From: Candidatus Humimicrobiaceae bacterium
GTDB lineage: Bacteria > Patescibacteriota > Minisyncoccia > Minisyncoccales > DG-74-1
Assembly: GCA_035530555.1 (NCBI GenBank)
Contig: DATKUR010000006.1
Location: 31,673 to 95,672 of the forward strand
Length of the DNA: 64,000 bases
Direction of reading: 5' to 3'
Below are positions 36,113 to 45,656 of this stretch, one piece after another; position 1 is the stretch's first letter; each line of letters starts with the position of its first letter. Made by a program: the position numbers and the translations under genes. The notes beneath the pieces are model-generated. The model saw only the letters and a list, made by a program, of their open reading frames with translations. It was not told the DNA's origin and ran no database searches.

Positions 36113-37906
36113 TCAGGCCTTGAAGATCTCCAAAAATAGCTTGGATGGAATCCGTATTCTTCCTTTTTCTTTTAATTCTTTCTTACCTTTTTTTTGTTTT
36201 TCCAAAAGCTTTCTTTTTCGGGTATAATCTCCACCGTAAAGGGGGGCGATGACGTCCCTTCTTTGAGCTTTGATGGTTTCTCTGGCAATAATCTTTCCGC
36301 CGATTGCTGCCTGTAAGGGCACGGAAAATAATTGGGGCGGCAATATCTCTTTTAATTTTTCTACAATCTTTTTGCCTTCCCGATAGGCTTCTTTATCTGG
36401 AACAATCCGAGATAAAACCTCTTCTTTCCGGCCCAGAATCAAAATATCTAATTTCACCAAGTCAGCCGGCCGCCAATCCAATATTTCATAACTCATTGAG
36501 GCAAATCCCTGGGTGGCTGATTTTAATCTGTCATAGAAATTCTTAGTGATGATTTCCCGCAGGGGCATCTCATAGATTAGTCCTACCTTCTCTGGCCCTA
36601 AATAATCTGTTCTTAAGTATCTGGATTCCATATTCCCTAACAATTCCGAAATCTGTCCCAAGTAATTTACCGGCGCCAAAACCTGAATTTTTACCCAAAG
36701 TTCTTGTCCTTGACCAGCCGACTGATCAAAACTTGGCCAATCAGCCGAAGTGTGAATAAGGATTTCTTTATTGTCTTGTGTCGTTATTTTATAAACTACT
36801 GAGGGCGTAGATAAAACCACGCTCAAGCCAAATTCTCTTTTTAATCTTTCTGAGATAATTTCGGCATGGAGCAACCCTAGAAAGCCGGCCTGGAATCCCC
36901 TGCCCAAGCTTTCCTTCGTTTCCGGCCTGAAAAATAGAGAAGCGTCGGTTAATTTCAATTTCTCCAGACTTGATTTCAATAATTCGAAGTCATTAGAATC
37001 CTCGGGATAAATACTTAAAAATACTTTGGACTGGGGCTCTCGGTAGCCGGGTAAAGGTTTTGCCGCAGGACTGCCAGCCAAAGTTTCTCCGGCTCTGACA
37101 TTGTTAGACGTTTTAATCCCGGTAGCGATAAAACCTATTTCCCCGGAACTTAATTTTGCTACCGGAGAAAGCTCGGGTTTAAAAACGCCAACCGATTTTA
37201 TTTCTGTTTCAATGCCTGCCTGCAGTAAATAAATATTATCCCCGGCTTTTACTTCCCCATTAAAAATCCTGACAAAAGCCAAAACGCCCTGATAGGGGTC
37301 GTATTTTGAATCAAAAACCAGCGCCCGCAACCCCTCTCCTTCTCCGGGAGGATCGGATTTGGCCGGGGGGATTTTAACGACAACGGTCTCCAAAACTTTT
37401 TCTACGTCGGTACCTTTTTTGGCAGAAATTTTGATAATAGTTGCGGGGTTAATTTTCAACAAATCGGCAATCTCTTTTTCCGTCTCCTCAACTTTCGCCT
37501 GGGGCAAATCAATTTTATTTATAACCGGAATTATTACCAGATTCTGCCCTCTGGCCATTTCTAAGTTGCCGACTGTCTGAGCTTGAATGCCTTTGGTGGC
37601 GTCAACCAATAAAATAGCACCCTCCACAGCCGCCAAGCTCCGGGAAACTTCATAATTAAAATCAACATGCCCCGGCGTGTCAATCAAATTCAAGATATAA
37701 GAACGGGAATCCAAGGTATACCGCAGGCGCACCGGATGCATTTTAATGGTAATACCTCTTTCCTGCTCCAAATCCATGGCATCCAAATATTGAGGCCGCA
37801 TCTTATCTTCAGGTATAGTTTCTGTTAATTCCAGAAACCTATCGGCTAAGGTTGATTTTCCGTGGTCTATATGAGCGAGAATACAAAAATTCCTGGTGTT
37901 TTCCAT
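36113..37906 (-). CDS. lepA: elongation factor 4
   Basis: NFCILAHIDHGKST and DTPGHVDF G-domain motifs, 597 aa, and a LepA C-terminal region. Confidence 0.95.
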   Translation of the reverse strand: MENTRNFCILAHIDHGKSTLADRFLELTETIPEDKMRPQYLDAMDLEQERGITIKMHPVRLRYTLDSRSYILNLIDTPGHVDFNYEVSRSLAAVEGAILLVDATKGIQAQTVGNLEMARGQNLVIIPVINKIDLPQAKVEETEKEIADLLKINPATIIKISAKKGTDVEKVLETVVVKIPPAKSDPPGEGEGLRALVFDSKYDPYQGVLAFVRIFNGEVKAGDNIYLLQAGIETEIKSVGVFKPELSPVAKLSSGEIGFIATGIKTSNNVRAGETLAGSPAAKPLPGYREPQSKVFLSIYPEDSNDFELLKSSLEKLKLTDASLFFRPETKESLGRGFQAGFLGLLHAEIISERLKREFGLSVVLSTPSVVYKITTQDNKEILIHTSADWPSFDQSAGQGQELWVKIQVLAPVNYLGQISELLGNMESRYLRTDYLGPEKVGLIYEMPLREIITKNFYDRLKSATQGFASMSYEILDWRPADLVKLDILILGRKEEVLSRIVPDKEAYREGKKIVEKLKEILPPQLFSVPLQAAIGGKIIARETIKAQRRDVIAPLYGGDYTRKRKLLEKQKKGKKELKEKGRIRIPSKLFLEIFKA

Positions 37907-37908
37907 TA

Positions 37909-39597
37909 TTATTTCTTAAAAATACGAGTCTTAACGGTTTTTAGTTCCGGAGATTTTAAAAGAAAAGTGGCAAGAAGATAAATCAGGCCGGCCGCGAGAC
38001 CGGCGGCGACCGTTTGGAAAACCGCTCCGGAAGTGTTCTGAATAACGAAGAGAGCGCCGGCTGTCATCAAAATACTAGCCAAAAGAATTTTCAAAAAAGA
38101 ACTGAAAATTTCCTTCAACTTAAAGTCACCGATTCTTTTATAAAGAAACGTTATCAGCAAAAGAAAATGGAAAATTGAACCAATTGACCAAGCCAAAGGC
38201 AAACCCAATATCGAGATATTTTGAATATCCTGCAGAGAAAAAACATTTTTAAGGAAGATTTGAAAACCTGCTCCAAAGCCGAAACTTGATGCGGGAGCTA
38301 AAAGCCGAACAAAATAAAAACTTAAAGCGATATTTAAAAGCATAACAACCAACGTAATAAGGGTTGGCGTTTTGGTATCTTGAAATGAGAAAAAAATCCG
38401 CGAAAGCAAAGGGACAAGAGAAAGGGCAATCGTGCCTAAGCAAAATAAACCCAGAGAGACGGCAGTTAACTGAGCGGCGACTTGGCTAAATTCGCCTTGT
38501 TCTAAAACAATTTCAACAATTTGGTTCCTAAGAAGATACATTAGAAAAGTAACGGGAAAGATGAAATAAAGAGTTTGGCGAAGGGCGGAAGAAAAAGCTT
38601 CGATAAACTTTCCGTCTTGATGATTGGCCCAAAATCGAGAAAGAAAAGGAAAAGCGGCCGTGGCAAAAGCCGTTCCGATAATACCTAAAGGCAAATATTG
38701 AAGATTATTGGCTAAATTAAAAATAGTGATTGATCCTGTGGTCAACGTTGAGGCGATGGCCGTGATAACAATCAGGTTGATTTGCCAAGAAGCTACGGCA
38801 AAAGTCCTGGGAGCCATCAAAAGAAAAACTCTTTTTAAACCAGGGGCTTTGAAATTAAAAACCGGCTGATACCTGAAACCACAGCTTAAAGCCGAGGGAA
38901 TCTGAATTGCAAAATGAAAAAAGGCGCCCAAAATCACCCCAATGGCCACTCCTAAAATCCCGAAATAAGGAACGATAAACAAAATGCCAAAGATTATTCC
39001 CAGATTATATAAAACCGGCGTCAAACTATACGCCAAAAATCGGTTGAAATACTGCAAAACTCCGGAAAAAATAGAAGACAATCCAAGAAGAATCGGGCTC
39101 AAAAAAAGAATTCTGGTTAAAAGAACCGTGAGATTAATTTGTTCGGGATTAAAACCTGGGGTAATAAGCTTTATCAGTGTCGGGGCAAAAATAAGAATAC
39201 CTAAGGAAATCAGAACAAGAAAAAATAAAAAAATACTCAGGACATTATTGACGAATCTCCAGGCTTCTTTTTGGTTTTTTAAAAAATATTCGGAAAACAA
39301 AGGCAGGAAGGCAACGATAACACCTCCGGCAATCAAAATGCTATAGACTAAATCGGGAATTCGGAAAGCGGCAAAGTAACTGTCGAGTTCCGGACTCGCC
39401 CCAAAAGTGCCGGCTAAAAGCCTGTCTCTAATTAATCCCAGGAACCGACTGACGAGCGCGGATATTGCCAAAATTCCGGCCGCCGCTCCGATACCGCCAG
39501 TTTGCGAATTTAAAAAGCGATGAAGCTTGCCTTTTTCGGGCTTGCCTTCATCTTCGCCTTCGCTTGGCTTCGCCTCGCTCAGTAAACGACTAAACAT
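37909..39597 (-). CDS. murJ: lipid II flippase MurJ (MviN family)
   Basis: 562-aa polytopic protein with FGASPELDSYFAAFRIPD near the N-terminus. Confidence 0.85.
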   Translation of the reverse strand: MFSRLLSEAKPSEGEDEGKPEKGKLHRFLNSQTGGIGAAAGILAISALVSRFLGLIRDRLLAGTFGASPELDSYFAAFRIPDLVYSILIAGGVIVAFLPLFSEYFLKNQKEAWRFVNNVLSIFLFFLVLISLGILIFAPTLIKLITPGFNPEQINLTVLLTRILFLSPILLGLSSIFSGVLQYFNRFLAYSLTPVLYNLGIIFGILFIVPYFGILGVAIGVILGAFFHFAIQIPSALSCGFRYQPVFNFKAPGLKRVFLLMAPRTFAVASWQINLIVITAIASTLTTGSITIFNLANNLQYLPLGIIGTAFATAAFPFLSRFWANHQDGKFIEAFSSALRQTLYFIFPVTFLMYLLRNQIVEIVLEQGEFSQVAAQLTAVSLGLFCLGTIALSLVPLLSRIFFSFQDTKTPTLITLVVMLLNIALSFYFVRLLAPASSFGFGAGFQIFLKNVFSLQDIQNISILGLPLAWSIGSIFHFLLLITFLYKRIGDFKLKEIFSSFLKILLASILMTAGALFVIQNTSGAVFQTVAAGLAAGLIYLLATFLLKSPELKTVKTRIFKK

Positions 39598-39660
39598 ATT
39601 TCAATCTTAATATTTTTTGGTCTTCTTTACAAATCTCTAAATTTTGATATTATCTTTCTT

Positions 39661-39692
39661 AGGAGGAAAAGCTATTTAAAAAGGAGGTAAAT
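39661..39692 (+). promoter_or_regulatory. double Shine-Dalgarno-like leader (TAGGAGGA ... AAGGAGGT-6 nt-ATG)
   Basis: The sequence is ttaggaggaaaagctatttaaaaaggaggtaaatATG. Confidence 0.6.
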
Positions 39693-40742
39693 ATGGAGAA
39701 ATTAGTACACATTGTCGAAACGCAACAGTTCACGGTGCCCTGGTTGGAGGAAGATTTCTATCCCTTGGTCGATGAAATGGAAGAATTGCTCAAAAAAAGA
39801 GAAAAAGGCCTAATAGGCTCTCCAGTGAAACCCGCTCTTACCGGAAAAAACGTCGCTGAGTTTTTTTACGGAGCCAGCACACGAACAAGACTTAGTTTCC
39901 AATTTGCTGCCCACGAATTAGGCGCAATGAACTTTCCTACGGATAACGCCGGAATTAGTTCCTCGGCTGCCAAAACAGAAAGCCTTCGTGATTCAATTCA
40001 AGTACTTTCTAGCTACCCTACTATTGACGTCATTGTTGTAAGAACCAAGATCACTCAAGAAAAAACAGAGGAATTAAATCTAAAAGAGGCTGTTCCTTAT
40101 TCCAGCAAACCCGTTATCAGTGGAGGCGACAGAAACCAGCAACACCCCACGCAAACACTGATTGACCTTTATACTATCCGAAAGGAAAAAGGTCGCATTG
40201 CTGATCTGACAATCGGCTTGGGTGGAGACGTCGGCGGCAGCCGAACAGTCAGGTCTCTCATCTATGTGGCCGCCAAATATCCTGGGACAAAATTTATCAT
40301 TATCTCACCCCAGATGGCCCAATTACCAGACGACCTCAAAGACCACCTGCGAAAACACGGCATTGAGTTTCAAGAAGTCTATGATGTAAGAGAAGTAGCT
40401 CATTTACTCGATGTTTATTATGTGGTCAGAGTCCAAACGAAGGAAGGAGATAAAAATACGAAAGATTTGGACGCGAGAGATCGGCTCTTAAAATATGGAC
40501 CCCCCGCTTTCTGGGCAGCAAACCAGGAGACACTAAAACTCCTACCTCGCAAGGCAATTATTATACATCCGTTGCCTCGGACGCAAGATGAGCTGCCTTA
40601 CGAAACCGATAAAGATCCTCGGTCAGTTTACTTCAAACAAGCCCGATATGGCGAGGCAGTCAGAATGGCTCTGTTACTAACGGTCTTAAAGGAACCCTAC
40701 CGAACAAAATTTCTCCGAAAGACAAACCCGCTAAGCTTTTAG
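39693..40742 (+). CDS. pyrB: aspartate carbamoyltransferase-like protein (ATCase/OTCase fold)
   Basis: Motifs STRTR, HPTQ and HPLPR. At 349 aa it is somewhat longer than a typical PyrB. Confidence 0.65.
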   Translation: MEKLVHIVETQQFTVPWLEEDFYPLVDEMEELLKKREKGLIGSPVKPALTGKNVAEFFYGASTRTRLSFQFAAHELGAMNFPTDNAGISSSAAKTESLRDSIQVLSSYPTIDVIVVRTKITQEKTEELNLKEAVPYSSKPVISGGDRNQQHPTQTLIDLYTIRKEKGRIADLTIGLGGDVGGSRTVRSLIYVAAKYPGTKFIIISPQMAQLPDDLKDHLRKHGIEFQEVYDVREVAHLLDVYYVVRVQTKEGDKNTKDLDARDRLLKYGPPAFWAANQETLKLLPRKAIIIHPLPRTQDELPYETDKDPRSVYFKQARYGEAVRMALLLTVLKEPYRTKFLRKTNPLSF

Positions 40743-40752
40743 CGGGTTTTTC
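40725..40752 (+). terminator. intrinsic terminator overlapping the pyrB-like stop codon
   Basis: AACCCGCT-aagctttt-AGCGGGTT followed by TTTTCT. Confidence 0.65.
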
Positions 40753-40767
40753 TAATCCAAAATTAAA

Positions 40768-41120
40768 AGCTCAAGCAGGCAATAAGCCGAATTCTGTTCC
40801 GCCAGCTGGCGGATGGCAATCATCTATCTAGCCCCTCGATTACTCTCGGGGTCAAGCGAGTCACTTTTCACCAAAACTCCAGATAAGACCAGAATTCTGG
40901 GTTTACTCTTGCTTCTGGGTAAGAATTTAGCCGTTTCACTCTTCGTCTCGCGACGAAGACTCGTCTCTGTTCGCATCTCTAGCCTCACGGCCGACGGGAA
41001 TTACCCACTACCCTTTTAGATTCGCCCGAGGGCGAAAATAGAAGTTCGGACTTTCCTCCCCTGAGATAGCGAGCTCTGCAAGCTTCATCTCATGAGGCGA
41101 TTGCCTTGCCTACTTGAGCT
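40768..41120 (-). ncRNA. rnpB: RNase P RNA (bacterial type A-like)
   Basis: The minus-sense sequence contains GAGGAAAGTCCGAAC (CR-I) and ACAGAATTCGGCTTAT (CR-V). P1 forms between AGCTCAAGTAGGCAAGG (5') and TTGCCTGCTTGAGCT (3'). A promoter is positioned exactly at the 5' end. Confidence 0.9.
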
Positions 41121-41125
41121 ATTTT

Positions 41126-41154
41126 ATATTACTGAATTAAAATTTACTTGTCAA
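41126..41154 (-). promoter_or_regulatory. rnpB promoter (TTGACA-17 nt-TAATAT)
   Basis: The minus-sense sequence reads TTGACAagtaaattttaattcagTAATATaaaatAGCTCAAG. Confidence 0.6.
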
Positions 41155-41260
41155 TTCTGAATTCTTCTTGAGGATGACCTGTTTTTAATCAATGTCTCCA
41201 ACAATAAAAACTGTGAGACCAAGCTTTACTTCGGACTTCTTCGGCTTTTCCTTGAACATC

Positions 41261-41701
41261 TTAGAGTAATTTTTGAGTTTGAGCTTGGCTATTCAAGGCT
41301 TCGTTAACCAATCTGTCGGCGGCCTGATTTCTTTGGCGAGAAATTAATTTAAATTTAACTTTTTTAAAATCTAGTTTGACATTCCAAGCAACAATAAATA
41401 GGTGCTGGATTCTTGGCTCTAAAACTTTGTATTCTCCATTTAATTGCTTAATCAATAACTCAGAATCCGATTTTAATTCAATCTCGGAATTCTTCGCTAA
41501 TTTTTTACCAAAAAGAGCTTTAAATTTTCTTAGAGCAAGGATCACAGCCTGATATTCGGCCTCATTATTGGTTGTTTCTCCCAAATACTCTGAGTAGTTT
41601 TTAATTATCTGGTCCTTTTCATTACAAAAAACAAATCCGGCCGCGGCCGGCCCCGGATTACCCCTTGAGCCGCCATCAGTATAAATAATTATCTTTTTCA
41701 T
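41261..41701 (-). CDS. rnhA: ribonuclease HI
   Basis: IIIYTDGGSRGNPGPAAAGFV and NNEAEYQAVILAL, the RNase H type 1 motifs. Confidence 0.8.
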   Translation of the reverse strand: MKKIIIYTDGGSRGNPGPAAAGFVFCNEKDQIIKNYSEYLGETTNNEAEYQAVILALRKFKALFGKKLAKNSEIELKSDSELLIKQLNGEYKVLEPRIQHLFIVAWNVKLDFKKVKFKLISRQRNQAADRLVNEALNSQAQTQKLL

Positions 41702-41766
41702 ATTATAATCTCTCGCTAATAATAAGCCAGTTCAAATGAATAGGAAGCGAATCTTTTGGCTTATTA

Positions 41767-42966
41767 TCAGCTTTTAATTTGCCTATAATTCGCGAGGAGG
41801 CATTGCTTAAATTTTTCCAGATTTTCGTTTTTTATCCTAAAACCCGAGGCCTGAGGATGACCTCCGTAAGTTAGTAAATATTTTCGGCATTTTTTCATTA
41901 GAGCCACACTGTCTGTTTCTTTCGGAGTTCTAACCGTACCCTGGCTTTCTTTCTTCAAGATTTTAAAAATGAAAGATGGTTTTTGGTATCGATGGCAAAC
42001 AACTGAGGCAACTGAAGAAATTAAAGTAAAGTCCCACCCCGCATCTCCTTCAAAAATAATAGGAACATCATTTTCTTTAATCCTTATTTCAACCTCGACG
42101 ACTATCCTGTCTATCTTTTCTTTTCTAAATCTGCTTTTCAATATTAATTTTTCAATAAGCTTTTTAGACTCTTCTATGGAAGAAGAATCTAACAGTCGGA
42201 AAGAAGCCGGCAAGTTATCTTCTACGTCTCTGACGTTTAAAAGAGAGATAATCTTGGAAATTTTTTGGCTCAGGTCAGCTTCAAAATCTGGTGCAAGGGT
42301 AAAGAAAGCTCTAATTCCTGGCCGCCAGGATTTTTCCAAGGATTTCAATCCTAGGTTTATAAATTCTAAATTATCATCTTCTCTGGGCATCATATCGGCA
42401 ATGGTAGCCAAGGCTGTCAACTGTAAAAAATTTTCTCTCAGGCCTTTCGTCATTTGCCGAGGTTTTGACTGAGGCGAGAGAAGAGCGGAGCTCTTTGAAC
42501 TCCGACTCAAAAGAACCTCTGAAAGCTTGAAAACGATTCCTGTGTTGGCCAACCCCTTAAAGGAGTATTTATCTCCTTCTTGTTTTGGATCGACAATAAT
42601 TCCTGCCTCAGGCAATTCATCTAAAACTTCATGATGATCAATAATTATTACCTCAAAACCCATTTTTTTGGCCAGTTTTACCTCTTGAAAATTACTGATT
42701 CCCAGATCAAGAACTATCAATAAAGAGGGAGTAAATTTTTTCAGCTCCCCTAGTCCTTTTTTCGTTATTCCATAGCCTTCAGTTTCTCTATCAGGAAAAT
42801 AAACAGCGGTAACTTCACCGCCTAAATTTTTAATTGTCTCTTTTAAAATAATTACCGAGGATACGCCGTCTAAGTCAGCATCTCCATAAAGAATAATTTT
42901 CTCTCGTTTTTTTATAGCTTTTAAAACCCGGTCAGCTGCTTTTTCTAGATTTTTAATTTCCACCAT
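41767..42966 (-). CDS. DHH/DHHA1 phosphoesterase (RecJ-like or NrnA-like)
   Basis: DADLDGVSS, IIIDHHEV and GGHPQASGF motifs. Confidence 0.6.
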   Translation of the reverse strand: MVEIKNLEKAADRVLKAIKKREKIILYGDADLDGVSSVIILKETIKNLGGEVTAVYFPDRETEGYGITKKGLGELKKFTPSLLIVLDLGISNFQEVKLAKKMGFEVIIIDHHEVLDELPEAGIIVDPKQEGDKYSFKGLANTGIVFKLSEVLLSRSSKSSALLSPQSKPRQMTKGLRENFLQLTALATIADMMPREDDNLEFINLGLKSLEKSWRPGIRAFFTLAPDFEADLSQKISKIISLLNVRDVEDNLPASFRLLDSSSIEESKKLIEKLILKSRFRKEKIDRIVVEVEIRIKENDVPIIFEGDAGWDFTLISSVASVVCHRYQKPSFIFKILKKESQGTVRTPKETDSVALMKKCRKYLLTYGGHPQASGFRIKNENLEKFKQCLLANYRQIKS

Positions 42967-43999
42967 ATTTCAAGGTTTCAATCCCGGGCATTTTTTCACC
43001 GGCCAGAAATTTCAACATTGCTCCACCGCCGATAGAAACATGATTAAATTTTGAGAGCAGGCCAATTTTATTGATAAATTCGATAGTGTCCCCTCCTCCG
43101 ATTAGCGAAAAGGCGCCGCTTTTAATGATAGCTTTGGCAATTTCTCTTGTTCCCTTTTGATATTTCTTGTCTTCAACTTTGCCCAAGGGTCCAGCCCAAA
43201 AAATTGTTTTAGCTTTTTTAATCTTTTCTTTAAAGATTTCAGCCGTTTTTGGACCGATGTCTAAGCTTTCCTTGTCTTCAAACGGAAAAGAAATCTTTTC
43301 AGGTTTTATCTTTATTTTTCCTTTTTTTATCTCATTGGCCACCAAGCCGCCGACTAATAAAAAATCAGCTACTTCTGAAAATCTTTCAGCTACTTTTGCC
43401 TTATCAGCGATCTTTTTCCCGCCAATAATTACCACCAAAGGTCTTTTAGGGTTTCTCGTAATTTGAGACAGAATTTTAATTTCTTTTTCCAATAAAAAAC
43501 CGCTGGCTGACGGCAAATATTCCGTTATCTCGAAAATCGAAGCATGAGTCCTGTGACAAACCGAAAAGGCATCGTTGATAAAGATATCAGCCAACCGGGC
43601 TAGGTTTTTAGCGAATTTTTTATCGTTCTCCTCTTCTTCTTTATAAAATCTTAAATTTTCTAATAAAACAACTTCTCCTGTTTTCATTTTTTTGATTTCT
43701 TTTTCCACCTTTTCTCCAAAACAATCCGGCAAGAATCTAACCTTTCTTTTCAACAGCTTCTCTAATCTTTTAGCTGTCGGCTTTAAGCTATATTTTTTAA
43801 CAAATTTTCCTTCCGGTCTTCCTAAGTGGCTGATTAAAATAATTCTTGCTTTTTTCTTAATCAAGTATCTGAGAGTCGGCAGGCTGGCTTTAATTCTAAA
43901 ATCGTCGGTGATATCTCCCCTATCCGAAAGAGGAACATTGAAGTCTACCCGAACTAACGCTTTCTTGTTTTTTAAACAAATTTTTTCTAACGTTCTCAT
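42953..43999 (-). CDS. pgk: phosphoglycerate kinase (short form)
   Basis: VRVDFNVPL, ISHLGRP and GGGDT motifs. Confidence 0.88.
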   Translation of the reverse strand: MRTLEKICLKNKKALVRVDFNVPLSDRGDITDDFRIKASLPTLRYLIKKKARIILISHLGRPEGKFVKKYSLKPTAKRLEKLLKRKVRFLPDCFGEKVEKEIKKMKTGEVVLLENLRFYKEEEENDKKFAKNLARLADIFINDAFSVCHRTHASIFEITEYLPSASGFLLEKEIKILSQITRNPKRPLVVIIGGKKIADKAKVAERFSEVADFLLVGGLVANEIKKGKIKIKPEKISFPFEDKESLDIGPKTAEIFKEKIKKAKTIFWAGPLGKVEDKKYQKGTREIAKAIIKSGAFSLIGGGDTIEFINKIGLLSKFNHVSIGGGAMLKFLAGEKMPGIETLKYGGN

Positions 44000-44006
44000 T
44001 CTTCTT

Positions 44007-45653
44007 TTAGTTCTTGGATTTTTTCAATGCTTCTTCTAAAACTTTTTTTAATTCTTCAATCTTAACTTCTTTCCGTTTCGGTCTTTCCGACCAATTCTTT
44101 TTCTTCTTTACCGAAGAAAAAGAAACCGGCTCTTCCTTCACGGCTTCTTCTAAAGAAATATTTGGAGATTCTGCTGTTACTTTCGCTGGTTCAGCTGTTG
44201 CTTTATCTTTCTCTATTTTCTTCAGACAAGGCTTGCAATAAACCGGCCGCTTGCCATCGGGTGGAAAGATTACCTTGGTCCATTTCCCGCATAAGGCGCA
44301 CTGGGCATCATAGAGAACGGAGGAATCCGGCTTGGTTTCGGTTGGTGGCTTTAAAACTTCTGTCCATTTGCTAATTTTTTCCTCAATAATTTTTCTTTGG
44401 GTGCCATATCTTTCCCGAGAAACCTTGATAATTTTTTCCCGACTGGATTTCTCCGGTATTGGAATAGGCGACAGGGTCTCGGCTGAAAAGGGCCGGCCGG
44501 CCAATCCGTTAATCATCAGTCTCAAATAAATATTATACTTTCCTAAATTAACCAAATCGTCAATCGTAAATTCGGGGATAAATTCTTTTTCTAAAAACTC
44601 AGCATCTTCGGCTCCAATCCGAAAGCAGACTATTGTTCCGACGTTGCCAAAAACCGCATCTCTGACCTTGGTAGACCTGCCCGCCGGCGTCATTTCTTCC
44701 AATTGGCCTAGATATTGATTAGCCAAGGTCAGGCAAAGTCGGTATTTTCTGGCTTCAGATAAAATATTAATAAAAGCATCGGTGGCAAAATTTTGAAATT
44801 CATCAACATATAGATAAAAATCCTGTCTTTTCTCCTCGGGTGTATCAACTCGGGACATAGCCGCCAGTTGAAGCTTGGTAATAACCAGGGCTCCCAATAA
44901 TCTGGAGTTATCTTCGCCGATCCTGCCCTTGGAAATATTAGCAATTAAAATTTTGCCCTCATCCATCACTTTTCTCATATCAATAGATGATTTGACCTGG
45001 CCAATAATGTTTCGGATCAAAGGATTGGAAATAAATTGACCGACTTTGTTTTGAATGGCGGCCGTAGCTTCACTTTCTAGCCGTTGAGTGTATCGGGCAA
45101 ATTCATTGACCCAAAAGGATTTGACCATTGGATCGCTTATTTTATCTACTACTTTTCTGCGATAATCAGGGTCGGCCAGCATTCGATTAACCCCTAGAAG
45201 CGTTGAACCGGGGTATTCCAAAAGAGCCAAGATAGCATTGTTTAAAATATATTCCATCCGAGCTGACCAGACATCGGGCCAGATCTTTTTGAAGACGCCC
45301 ATCAGGCCCGAGGCAACCAAATGATGGTGTTCAGGGTCAACCCTCTCCATGACATTAAAAGCCAACGGGCACTCCAAGTCAGCCGGATTAAAATAGACAA
45401 CATCATTGACCCTGCTTGATGGAACGAATTCCAATAATTTTTCGGCTGCCTCGCCATGAGGGTCAACAAAGCCAACTCCCCTGCCCTGCTCAATATCCTG
45501 AATGGCCATATTTAAGACCATTTCGGTCTTGCCTACACCGGTCTTCCCGACAATATAAATGTGCCTTCTTCTATCGTCGGTCTTAATACCAAATTTCTTT
45601 CTTTGATTACGAAAAGTGGTTAGTCCAAAAAAATTAATTTCGTTATTTGACAT
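44007..45653 (-). CDS. VirD4/TraD/HerA-FtsK-superfamily P-loop ATPase with C-terminal zinc ribbon and Lys-rich tail
   Basis: Walker A GKTGVGKTE, Walker B LYVDEFQNF, and a C-terminal CALCGKW...VYCKPC. Confidence 0.55.
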   Translation of the reverse strand: MSNNEINFFGLTTFRNQRKKFGIKTDDRRRHIYIVGKTGVGKTEMVLNMAIQDIEQGRGVGFVDPHGEAAEKLLEFVPSSRVNDVVYFNPADLECPLAFNVMERVDPEHHHLVASGLMGVFKKIWPDVWSARMEYILNNAILALLEYPGSTLLGVNRMLADPDYRRKVVDKISDPMVKSFWVNEFARYTQRLESEATAAIQNKVGQFISNPLIRNIIGQVKSSIDMRKVMDEGKILIANISKGRIGEDNSRLLGALVITKLQLAAMSRVDTPEEKRQDFYLYVDEFQNFATDAFINILSEARKYRLCLTLANQYLGQLEEMTPAGRSTKVRDAVFGNVGTIVCFRIGAEDAEFLEKEFIPEFTIDDLVNLGKYNIYLRLMINGLAGRPFSAETLSPIPIPEKSSREKIIKVSRERYGTQRKIIEEKISKWTEVLKPPTETKPDSSVLYDAQCALCGKWTKVIFPPDGKRPVYCKPCLKKIEKDKATAEPAKVTAESPNISLEEAVKEEPVSFSSVKKKKNWSERPKRKEVKIEELKKVLEEALKKSKN

Positions 45654-45656
45654 AGT

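Noticed and set aside
40813-41019. 68-aa + strand ORF
   Set aside because: It lies entirely within, and antisense to, RNase P RNA.
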